DNA of 64,000 nt from Candidatus Saccharimonadota bacterium (lineage in GTDB: Bacteria > Patescibacteriota > Saccharimonadia > Saccharimonadales > SZUA-47), in the NCBI GenBank assembly GCA_016700315.1, contig CP065013.1, forward strand, positions 321,449-385,448, read 5' to 3'. Below are positions 36,569 to 44,380 of the stretch, piece by piece (position 1 is the stretch's first letter; each line of letters begins with the position of its first letter). The position numbers and the translations under genes were made by a program. The notes beneath the pieces were generated by a model. It saw nothing but the letters and a program-made list of their open reading frames with translations, ran no database searches and was not told where the DNA came from.

Positions 36569-39112
36569 ATGGAGTTACCGAAGGCTTACACACCTTCTGA
36601 CTACGAGTCAGACATTTATGCGCTCTGGGAGAAGAGTGGTGTTTTTGAGCCCACCGAAAAAGGTGAACCATACTGTATGGTTATGCCGCCACCGAATGCG
36701 AATGCTGGCTTACACATTGGCCACTCGCTATTTTTTGCCATCGAAGATGTAATAATCCGCTACCAAAGAGCTCGAGGCAAGTCAGTTTTGTGGCTGCCAG
36801 GAGCCGATCATGCTGGTTTTGAAACACAGGTTGTCTACGAGAAGCACCTAGCAAAAGAGGGTAAGAGTCGTTTTGATCTTACCAGAGAAGAGCTCTACGA
36901 TCAGATATATCAATTTGTAGACGGTAATAAAGAAAGATTTTTCAATATCTTTCGCTCACTAGGTGCTAGCTGCGATTGGAGTAGGTTCACGTTTACCCTA
37001 GATGATAAGATCATAAAAACTGCCTACCAAACATTCAAAAAAATGTGGGATGACGGTTTGATTTACAGAGGTGAAAGATTAGTTAATTATTGCACCGAAC
37101 ATCGCACCGGCTTCGCCGATATTGAGGTAGAATACAAAACTGTTAAGACTCCACTTTACTACATCAAATATGGCCCTTTCACGTTGGCGACAACAAGACC
37201 AGAAACTAAGTTTGGCGACACTGGCGTAGCCGTCCATCCAAACGACGAACGTTACAAGCAGTGGGTTGGCCAGACGGTGACGGTCGAAGGAGTAAACGGG
37301 CCGTTCGAGGTCAGAGTAGTCGCCGATGATTTCGTCGATCCTAACTTCGGTACGGGGGTCGTCAAGATTACACCTGCGCACAGCTTTGACGACTGGGACG
37401 CTGCCCAGCGCCACAACTTGCCACCAGTTCGCGTAATCAACCACGACGGCAAAATGAACCACCACGCCGGCCCGTACGAGGGCATGACGGTTTTAGAAGC
37501 TCGTCAGGCAGTTGCCAAAAAACTAGATGAGATGGGGCTGATTGAGAAAGTTGAAAAAGATTACGAAACCAGGATTGGCCTCTGTTATAAGTGCGGCACG
37601 GTGATAGAGCCAATGCTACTGGACCAGTGGTTCGTTAACATGCGAAAGCTCGCAGAACCAGCAATCGAGGCACTGCAAAAAAACAAGATCAAGTTTTACC
37701 CAAACGCCAAACAGGATCAAACGATTTTGTACTTACAGAACGTCAAAGACTGGAATATCAGTCGGCAGATTGCTTGGGGGATACCAATTCCGGCTTTTCA
37801 GAATATAGACGACCAGGACGATTGGATATTTGACGACAGAGTAGAGCAACACACAATAGAAATTGATGGTAAGGTTTACCGGCGCGATCCCGACGTTTTC
37901 GACACTTGGTTTTCAAGCAGCCAGTGGCCATTTGCAACTCTTGGCTTCCCCGATTCTGATGACTTCAAGAAGTTCTACCCAAATGCGATTATGGAGACAG
38001 GGCAGGACATTCTCTACCAATGGGTGGCACGAATGATCTGTCTGGGGTTATACATCACAGGTGAGATTCCTTTTAAAGACGTTTACCTCCATGGCATGGT
38101 TAGGGCCGAGGATGGGCGTAAAATGAGTAAAAGCCTAGGAAATGTCGTCGATCCAAATAAGTACTTAGCAGAATACGGCTCCGATGCTCTTCGTATGGGT
38201 ATGCTTGCAGGCAGAAGCGCGGGCTACAGTGCTGCTTTTGCTCCGGCAAAAATCACTGCTGGTCGGAACTTCTGTAACAAGCTGTGGAACATAGCCAGAT
38301 TCATTCAAGTCAAAATAGGCGATAACGAAGTCTCTATATCTGCCAAGCCGGAAACTATAGTAGATCATTGGGTGTTGAGTAAACTACAACAATCATATAT
38401 CGAGGTAGGGAAGTTGCTCGATGACTACCGCTTCAGTGAGGCTTATGACCTTGTCTACCATTTAGCCTGGGACAGTGTTGCTGACTGGTATATTGAGGCC
38501 AGCAAGGGGCAGGGAAGTGCCGACATGATGGCTACCGTGCTTCACCACATTTTGATATTAGTGCACCCGTTTGCGCCTTTCGTTAGTGAAACAATCTGGC
38601 AAACCTTAGCTTGGGAAAAGGGTGTTTTAGCCGGTCAGACCTGGGAGAAGTTAGGTAATGCCAACTCCGATGAGGCTGCTAACTTCAATATGATTATTAA
38701 GCTCGTAACAGAGATAAGAGCAATTTCATCGGATCTGAAAATTAAGTCTTTCACGATGTATTACTCCGACGGGGAACTGATCGAAGAAAACGCACCACTG
38801 ATTAAACGGCTAGCCAACCTCACAGATATAAAGAAGGTAGACGATGGCGCTGGTCTATTCTTGAGCTCAACCGAGTACCGCGTCTGGCTAGATATCGACC
38901 ACGCTACTGCCAAGGTATACACCGACACACTGAGTAGCAAAGCCATTGAGCTCAAAAAGTCTATTGCCAACTTGCAGGGCAGACTGGCCAACAAAGCCTA
39001 TCTCGAGCTAGCGCCACGCGAACTGGTCGAACAGACCGAACAGGAGCTAAAAGCCGCTCAGACGCGTCTAGAAACGCTCACGGCCGACCTTGAACGCTTC
39101 GAGAAACTATAA
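36569..39112 (+). CDS. valS: valine--tRNA ligase
   Basis: PPPNANAGLHIGH (HIGH), KMSKSLGN, and a C-terminal coiled coil. The start is set at MELPKAYTPSDYE (36569). Confidence 0.95.
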   Translation: MELPKAYTPSDYESDIYALWEKSGVFEPTEKGEPYCMVMPPPNANAGLHIGHSLFFAIEDVIIRYQRARGKSVLWLPGADHAGFETQVVYEKHLAKEGKSRFDLTREELYDQIYQFVDGNKERFFNIFRSLGASCDWSRFTFTLDDKIIKTAYQTFKKMWDDGLIYRGERLVNYCTEHRTGFADIEVEYKTVKTPLYYIKYGPFTLATTRPETKFGDTGVAVHPNDERYKQWVGQTVTVEGVNGPFEVRVVADDFVDPNFGTGVVKITPAHSFDDWDAAQRHNLPPVRVINHDGKMNHHAGPYEGMTVLEARQAVAKKLDEMGLIEKVEKDYETRIGLCYKCGTVIEPMLLDQWFVNMRKLAEPAIEALQKNKIKFYPNAKQDQTILYLQNVKDWNISRQIAWGIPIPAFQNIDDQDDWIFDDRVEQHTIEIDGKVYRRDPDVFDTWFSSSQWPFATLGFPDSDDFKKFYPNAIMETGQDILYQWVARMICLGLYITGEIPFKDVYLHGMVRAEDGRKMSKSLGNVVDPNKYLAEYGSDALRMGMLAGRSAGYSAAFAPAKITAGRNFCNKLWNIARFIQVKIGDNEVSISAKPETIVDHWVLSKLQQSYIEVGKLLDDYRFSEAYDLVYHLAWDSVADWYIEASKGQGSADMMATVLHHILILVHPFAPFVSETIWQTLAWEKGVLAGQTWEKLGNANSDEAANFNMIIKLVTEIRAISSDLKIKSFTMYYSDGELIEENAPLIKRLANLTDIKKVDDGAGLFLSSTEYRVWLDIDHATAKVYTDTLSSKAIELKKSIANLQGRLANKAYLELAPRELVEQTEQELKAAQTRLETLTADLERFEKL

Positions 39113-39155
39113 GTAAACCCCCAAATTAATCTAAAACACCCATAGCCAACGCTGC

Positions 39156-39212
39156 TTCACATTTCTCTCCTCTGTATAAGGTCCGTCCTTATACAGAGGA
39201 GAGAAATGTGAA
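39156..39212. repeat. long palindromic element, copy B (perfect 26-bp stem)
   Basis: ttcacatttctctcctctgtataagg-tccgt-ccttatacagaggagagaaatgtgaa. The loop is the reverse complement of the copy A loop, so the two copies are inverted. Confidence 0.85.
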
Positions 39213-39364
39213 TTTGATGATTTACAGGTGTTAGTTTTTTGGATTTAGTTGTGATTTTTTTGCGAATTTTTATGAGTAAGCATCGACTCGCTGTAGCGCC
39301 CCAGTGCTGATGGCGAGAAGCAGCCCACTGAGCTTGCTATATTTTACAGGCTTAACATTAAGCT

Positions 39365-40219
39365 CTAGCCGAGGGCGTTTTTGATTCTTTTGATCGACTC
39401 TTCGGGGTAATAATCATCGAACCACATTACCTTCCAGCCGCATTTCTCGGCGGCCATGAGATTGGCGCGCGAATCATCGATAAATAAGATTTCCTCAGGG
39501 AGTACACCTGTTAATCCTTGCGCGATTTCGTATATTTTTGACTCGGGCTTAATAGCGCCGACTTCGGAACTGTCTACCACTGCAGCATAGTCGAGATGTG
39601 GAATCACACCTTTGTCGATCATAATCTGGATAAAACCGGGCATGATGTTGCTTAGTAGGCCAACCTGATAACGTTCAGCCGTCCATTCCAAAAGTTCTTT
39701 CATACCATCAATTGGCTCGATTGCTCCCAGGTAATAGTCAGTCCAGTCTACGCTGCTAACTCCTAATGTTTTGGCAAGAATATCATTAAAATCACTAAGT
39801 TTCATCTCGCCACGACAAACAGCGTCGTTGTAATGCCAGAATAGTGTCTCAATGCGATCATTGGGCACACCCGTTTCCTCTGCTAATACCGAGAAAGCTT
39901 TGTGAAAAAAGCGAACCAAACAACCATTAATATCAAAATAGATAAATTTTAGCGACGACTTCTGTTGCAACGATTTTGCGGCGTGCGGCAAACCCATTAG
40001 CTCGTCTAATGAAACCTTCGTAACTTGGGCGATTCGCTGGATTGTAAAAACAGATGGAGTTTTGATCGCACCACGTTCAATCTTGGCCAATGTTGAATAA
40101 GACAAGTCTGTTGCCTGCGCTAGCTGCTGCTGTGTTAGCCCGGCCGATTGGCGTGCTTGTTGCAAACGTTTTCCAAGACTAACTTCATCAACGGCTTCTG
40201 TATCGCCACCCATATTCAT
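39365..40219 (-). CDS. XRE-family HTH domain fused to a HAD-like hydrolase domain
   Basis: N-terminus LGKRLQQARQSAGLTQQQLAQATDLSYSTLAKIERG. The C-terminal part has IYFDINGCLV (motif I-like), GLLSNIMPG, and LFIDDSRANLMAAE (motif IV). Confidence 0.7.
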   Translation of the reverse strand: MNMGGDTEAVDEVSLGKRLQQARQSAGLTQQQLAQATDLSYSTLAKIERGAIKTPSVFTIQRIAQVTKVSLDELMGLPHAAKSLQQKSSLKFIYFDINGCLVRFFHKAFSVLAEETGVPNDRIETLFWHYNDAVCRGEMKLSDFNDILAKTLGVSSVDWTDYYLGAIEPIDGMKELLEWTAERYQVGLLSNIMPGFIQIMIDKGVIPHLDYAAVVDSSEVGAIKPESKIYEIAQGLTGVLPEEILFIDDSRANLMAAEKCGWKVMWFDDYYPEESIKRIKNALG

Positions 40220-40285
40220 AAGCTTATAGTACCAGTAAATCTGCCTTAAGACTAGTATTAAACGGCTAGCTGCTAACTCTAGGCC

Positions 40286-40456
40286 TTATACAATAAAGCT
40301 CAATACCGTTAACGCCACTACAAAAACCAAAACACCGACAGCACCCCCTGCAGTCAGTGCTGTCTGTTGATTGCCGCCAGTTCTACGAAGTGCTTTAGTG
40401 TAGACCCAAGTACCACTACCGAGTGCTGTTAGAAGGGCTACTAAAGTGTTAGACAT
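40286..40456 (-). CDS. small two-TM membrane protein (56 aa); not in the ORF track
   Basis: Own codon-by-codon translation: MSNTLVALLTALGSGTWVYTKALRRTGGNQQTALTAGGAVGVLVFVVALTVLSFIV*. A strong SD (AAGGAG) lies 9 nt upstream. It lies directly downstream of the HIT gene. Confidence 0.45.
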   Translation of the reverse strand: MSNTLVALLTALGSGTWVYTKALRRTGGNQQTALTAGGAVGVLVFVVALTVLSFIV

Positions 40457-40476
40457 AATAAAATTCTCCTTGCTGT

Positions 40477-40872
40477 TTAAGCGTTCTTAAGTTTTTCGGC
40501 TATTCTGGCTAGTTCATCGTGGTTTGGTTCAGCCTGATCATTGGGCGACTGATATTGCTCATGAGTGTCAAAAGGGAAGAGGTTGGCATGGGCGTGCTCG
40601 ACCTGTAGACCCTCGATCTGTACGGCTATTTTGCGCTTGTCGGGGAAAACTGTACGGAGTTTTTTGGCCACATCCTGAACTGCTTTTGTAAACTGTTGAT
40701 ACTCAAGCGGCGACAGGTCTTCGAAATGAGGAACTTGTTTTTTGGTAATCACTACAACATGCCCAGGCTGAATTGGGTGGATGTCCATGATAGCGATGGC
40801 TCCATCATTTTCGTAAACCTTGTGAGCCGGCAACTCACCCATAATAATCTTGGTAAAAACTGAATCCTGCAT
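40477..40872 (-). CDS. HIT-family (histidine triad) protein
   Basis: Histidine triad VEHAHANLFP and GHVVVITKK. Confidence 0.85.
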   Translation of the reverse strand: MQDSVFTKIIMGELPAHKVYENDGAIAIMDIHPIQPGHVVVITKKQVPHFEDLSPLEYQQFTKAVQDVAKKLRTVFPDKRKIAVQIEGLQVEHAHANLFPFDTHEQYQSPNDQAEPNHDELARIAEKLKNA

Positions 40873-40973
40873 ACCCTTATTATACCTTTAAACACCATCT
40901 ACACTAAATTGGCTCGCATAATTTTAACAGATACGGTAACATATTATAGTAGTTTAGGGCGCGCGACATAACC

Positions 40974-41218
40974 GCGGAGGAGTACCCAAGTGGCTGCTGC
41001 GTGAAACGTAAATTTGTAGACGGTTTGCCGTCCCCTTCAGTTTACGGACACACAGGAGCTACGTGAATAACGTAAGCTTTCAATGCGGAGGAGTACCCAA
41101 GTGGCTGCTGCGTGAAACGTAAATTTGTAGACGGTTTGCCGTCCCCTTCAGTTTACGGACACACAGGAGCTACGTGAATAACGTAAGCTTTCAATGCGGA
41201 GGAGTACCCAAGTGGCTG
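40974..41218 (+). repeat. 111-bp tandem repeat (2.2 copies) whose unit begins with the 5' part of tRNA-Ser(GCT)
   Basis: Units start at 40974, 41085 and 41196, each with gcggaggagtacccaagtggctg. Units 1 and 2 continue with an 88-nt non-tRNA segment, and unit 3 continues into the complete tRNA. Confidence 0.9.
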
Positions 41219-41290
41219 AAGGGGACGGTTTGCTAAATCGTTAGGGGGGCGCAAGTTCCCGCGAGAGTTCGAATCTCTCCTCCTCCGCCA
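41198..41290 (+). tRNA. tRNA-Ser (anticodon GCT), class II, CCA encoded
   Basis: Hand-folded. Acceptor GGAGGAG/CTCCTCC, anticodon stem acggt/atcgt with loop ttGCTaa, long variable arm, T-arm gagag-ttcgaat-ctctc, and G73-CCA. Confidence 0.85.
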
Positions 41291-41504
41291 GAATAAAACT
41301 CTGCTAAAGTGCAATTTAGAATATGTTTATAATCTAAATTAGCACCTGGTGCGGAGTTTTATTCTTTTCCCCAAACAATCGGAATTGTTTGGGGAACTAG
41401 CAATGGCGTGCTGTTTTTCGAGCATTCTAAGTCTATTTTACCTACCGCAGAAGCTTGACCCAATGATAAACGAACCCTTGTGACATTGGTGGTACAATAA
41501 GCTT

Positions 41505-42044
41505 ATGGATAATGATGATAAGACGGGGAACTGGCAGTACCAAACAGACGAAGCGCTACCCGAGCAAGGTACTGATGCAGGGGTAGTACAGCCAATTCAA
41601 TGGTCAGCTTCAGAATATGTCGGGCACGAAAAGTCGTTGGGCTGGTACATAATTTTTGGCAGCGCTTCGTTGATAATCGGAGTTTTGGTTTACGCGCTTA
41701 CCCGTAGCCCGTTTTCGGCTGTGGCGGTTCTGCTAGCCTGCATCTGTTTGGCGGTGTTCGGTGCTAGACAACCTAGTCAAATACCGTACGAGATTGATGC
41801 CAAAGGGGTAAGGGTAGGAAGACGCTTCTTCTCCTACAGTCAATTTAAGTCCTTCTCTCTAGTCCCAGAGGGTGCGATCTACACAATCTGGTTAAGATCA
41901 TTAAAAAAGTACACGCCGACGGTCGCACTGTACTTCGCGCCAGAAGATGCCGACAAGATTATCGACGCACTCGGCCAGTATCTGCCGCACGAGGAACGTG
42001 CCCCCGACGCCATCGACCGAGTCAGCCAACGATTTAGATTTTAG
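41505..42044 (+). CDS. hypothetical membrane protein (179 aa, two TM segments plus a small soluble domain)
   Basis: ORF with the hydrophobic pair YIIFGSASLIIGVLVYAL / AVAVLLACICLAVFG. Confidence 0.5.
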   Translation: MDNDDKTGNWQYQTDEALPEQGTDAGVVQPIQWSASEYVGHEKSLGWYIIFGSASLIIGVLVYALTRSPFSAVAVLLACICLAVFGARQPSQIPYEIDAKGVRVGRRFFSYSQFKSFSLVPEGAIYTIWLRSLKKYTPTVALYFAPEDADKIIDALGQYLPHEERAPDAIDRVSQRFRF

Positions 42045-42118
42045 AGCTTTATTTTTTGATGAATTTGTAATATAATTACCTCTGTTATTGACAGCCTTCA
42101 GCAAGGCATGCAAGATAA

Positions 42119-42195
42119 GCACCCGTAGCTCAGATGGATAGAGCGTCAGTTTGCGGTACTGAAGGTCGTAGGTTCGACTCCTGCCGGGTGTACCA
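42119..42195 (+). tRNA. tRNA-Arg (anticodon GCG), CCA encoded
   Basis: Hand-folded cloverleaf. Acceptor GCACCCG/CGGGTGT (G1-U72), D-arm gctc...gagc, anticodon stem tcagt/actga with loop ttGCGgt, and T-arm gtagg-ttcgact-cctgc. Confidence 0.8.
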
Positions 42196-42349
42196 AATTA
42201 ATAATTCGTACATTGTAAGCACAAGCTACCTGCTAAAAACCTTCAGTTGAAGGGAATAGGTGAGAATTGCCTGTGGCAATTCGCAAGGAAATAAACTCTT
42301 GAAAACTTGTTTTCAAAGAAGTTTTTTCGGGGTCGCCGAAGGTGACCGG

Positions 42350-42367
42350 CTCCTGCCGGGTGTACCA
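42350..42367 (+). repeat. 18-nt direct duplicate of the tRNA-Arg 3' end
   Basis: ctcctgccgggtgtacca occurs at 42178-42195 (tRNA 3' end) and again at 42350-42367, a 172-bp spacing. Confidence 0.85.
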
Positions 42368-42387
42368 GTTTATTAAAGCCCCCTTAT

Positions 42388-42478
42388 GGAAGGGTCGCAT
42401 AGTTGGTCTAGTGCGCTGCACTCGAAATGCAGTATGTCGGAAACGGCATCGAGAGTTCGAATCTCTCCCCTTCCGCCA
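42388..42478 (+). tRNA. tRNA-Ser (anticodon CGA), class II, CCA encoded
   Basis: Acceptor GGAAGGG/CCCTTCC, anticodon stem ctgca/tgcag with loop ctCGAaa, long variable arm, and T-arm gagag-ttcgaat-ctctc. Confidence 0.85.
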
Positions 42479-42491
42479 TATATTTGCCCAT

Positions 42492-42581
42492 GGAGAGGTG
42501 TCCGAGTGGTTTAAGGAAACGGTCTTGAAAACCGTCGTGCCGGCAACGGTACCGAGAGTTCGAATCTCTCCCTCTCCGCCA
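42492..42581 (+). tRNA. tRNA-Ser (anticodon TGA), class II, CCA encoded
   Basis: ggagaggtgtccgagtggtttaaggaaacggtcttgaaaaccgt... gives anticodon loop ctTGAaa, a long variable arm, and T-arm gagag-ttcgaat-ctctc. Confidence 0.9.
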
Positions 42582-42589
42582 AGGAGGGA

Positions 42590-42625
42590 AGCTCACATCT
42601 TCAGATGTGGGCTTTTCTTCTTTAT
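42590..42625 (+). terminator. rho-independent terminator after the tRNA cluster
   Basis: agctcacatc-ttca-gatgtgggct followed by tttcttctttat. Confidence 0.6.
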
Positions 42626-42712
42626 AAAGAAGAGAAATTTGAACATAAAGAGTTCGCTAATTAGTCTTATTACCGAGATATATCTCGGCTAATAGATTAA
42701 TTAGGTAGATTC

Positions 42713-42730
42713 ATCTCTCCCTCTCCGCCA
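42713..42730 (+). repeat. 18-nt direct duplicate of the tRNA-Ser(TGA) 3' end
   Basis: atctctccctctccgcca occurs at 42564-42581 (tRNA 3' end) and again at 42713-42730, a 149-bp spacing. Confidence 0.85.
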
Positions 42731-42922
42731 GCCCTGACTTTTGCATTTTTTGGATTTCTACCCGCGCCCAATTTCTTTCTGAATTAGAAAAAAGTCAGGT
42801 CTATCGGGTCGGCTGCCCAAAAGGACAGAAACGACGTTGTGTGCCTTAAGTATAAGCGCTTTGCGTTTGATTTTTATAGCATTTTATGCTAGTATTATAT
42901 ATGCAAAGTTCAAAACAAAAAT

Positions 42923-44095
42923 ATGCCAGAAAAAGCCCCGTTTAACCCCCACCAATCGTCTCATGACAGCTCTGACCTGGGTGGTGCTGTAGACCCATCA
43001 ATTTTGAGCGGTAACGCCCCTTTGCAGATACGCTTCAACACTTTCGCAGAAGCTAGAACGACCCCAAGACCTTTCTCTGACGAGTTTATTGACACTTTTA
43101 CCGATACTCCTACAGCGATTAACGGTATCAAGAGTTATCTTGACGACGTAAAGCCAACCTACAGAGATAAAGAGGTCATAGGCGACTCAGACCGCATCGC
43201 CGAGCTGTATATTAAAACAACGGAAATGATAGCCCGTAATTTGCGCGTAAAGGTAGACCAGGGTAAAGCTGGTGTAACCGCAGAGCAAATCCAAAGAGAT
43301 GGCGAGGCGACACTCCAAAGACTATGGGGATACAGAGTTAATGTACCAGAGGGGCTGAAACGCCATCATATTAGCGCAACAAACCCGCAGGCAACAAATA
43401 AAGACAAGTTTTTAGATGACGAAACAATATCAGGATTAGAGTATAGGGGTTTCGATTTTAATCGCCCGGGCGTACGCGCCAACTTCCATATTCAGCGTCA
43501 AAACTTTACAACATTTATTATGGCCTATTCCGACGGTCGCGTGCAGGAAAAAATGGCCGGCACGAGCACGATTTTAGACAAAAGAATATACCTAAATCCC
43601 GATATGGAAGCTACGCCAAGACTGTTTGAGCAATTGCTTCAGGCAGCCAACCAAGCAGGTATACCTATACAACTAAAGATGGTTCAACGAGCAACGGAGG
43701 CACTAAACGCACACCTTAAAGCCGCTAAAGGCGATGAAGTAGGGTTGCGCGGCGATGGAATTGTGGTATATACAGACGGCGAACACGCTGATGATACTTT
43801 AGCTATGGTGCTTGCTTTGGCACAGGACAACTCAGACGCTTTTAGGGGCCGTCCTCATAGTCGCACGCCTCAGAATGTTGCCGAAGGTATTGGTATAGCT
43901 GACGAACCAATTCAAGAGCCTGGTATTTCACTAACTTCTCATAGAACAGAGGTGTTGAAGAGTGTTGCCGGACAAGTTGCAGCGTCAGGGAAAAAGGGCG
44001 ACGAAGCGCATGCTATGTTCCGCCATTTATGGCAAAACACGGCGGTAGCCAACGGTATTGACCCCAACAATCTTGCCTTTAACATAGCTACATAA
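42923..44095 (+). CDS. hypothetical protein (390 aa), orphan on a repeat-bounded islet
   Basis: Long ORF. The pattern KRIYLNPDMEATPRLFEQLL...IQLKMV...GDGIVVYTD only weakly reminds me of HopA1/lyase-like families and is not verifiable here. Confidence 0.55.
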   Translation: MPEKAPFNPHQSSHDSSDLGGAVDPSILSGNAPLQIRFNTFAEARTTPRPFSDEFIDTFTDTPTAINGIKSYLDDVKPTYRDKEVIGDSDRIAELYIKTTEMIARNLRVKVDQGKAGVTAEQIQRDGEATLQRLWGYRVNVPEGLKRHHISATNPQATNKDKFLDDETISGLEYRGFDFNRPGVRANFHIQRQNFTTFIMAYSDGRVQEKMAGTSTILDKRIYLNPDMEATPRLFEQLLQAANQAGIPIQLKMVQRATEALNAHLKAAKGDEVGLRGDGIVVYTDGEHADDTLAMVLALAQDNSDAFRGRPHSRTPQNVAEGIGIADEPIQEPGISLTSHRTEVLKSVAGQVAASGKKGDEAHAMFRHLWQNTAVANGIDPNNLAFNIAT

Positions 44096-44151
44096 TAATA
44101 ACCGACAGTTCTTTATATAGAAGGGTGTTTTGCACAATTGAGTTCGCTGAC

Positions 44152-44320
44152 TAACCCCAGCTCGACATAAGCAACACCTGTTAATGGTTGTTTTAAGTAG
44201 TAAAGATTGCTTTATCTTATGTTTTTCGTAGCTGTCTGTTACCAAAAATATTAGACAAAGATAATATTCACAGTAATAAACAGGCATCAATCTGGGTTGT
44301 CTTATGTCGAGCCGGGGTTA
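44152..44320. mobile_element. MITE-like element copy 2 (165-bp core between TA dinucleotides)
   Basis: TA-ACCCCAGCTCGACATAAG...CTTATGTCGAGCCGGGGT-TA. Internal blocks (tagtaaagattgcttt, cgtagctgt.tgttac) match the reverse complement of copy 1. It interrupts a ~70-bp sequence that has an uninterrupted paralogue at 42617-42688. Confidence 0.65.
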
Positions 44321-44380
44321 ACTAGTCTTATTACCAAGATTTATCTCTCTGTCTCAAGGCAAGATGCTAATTTTATGGAT

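Noticed and set aside
40974-41218. Possible CRISPR array
   Set aside because: The 111-bp units are directly contiguous with no unique spacers and only 2.2 copies. Each unit begins with tRNA sequence. No cas genes are nearby.
42342-42692. ORFs 42342-42692 (+), 42408-42596 (-) and 42233-42421 (-)
   Set aside because: They overlap two hand-folded tRNA-Ser genes and the duplicated tRNA-Arg end. Reading through tRNA sequence is not credible coding.
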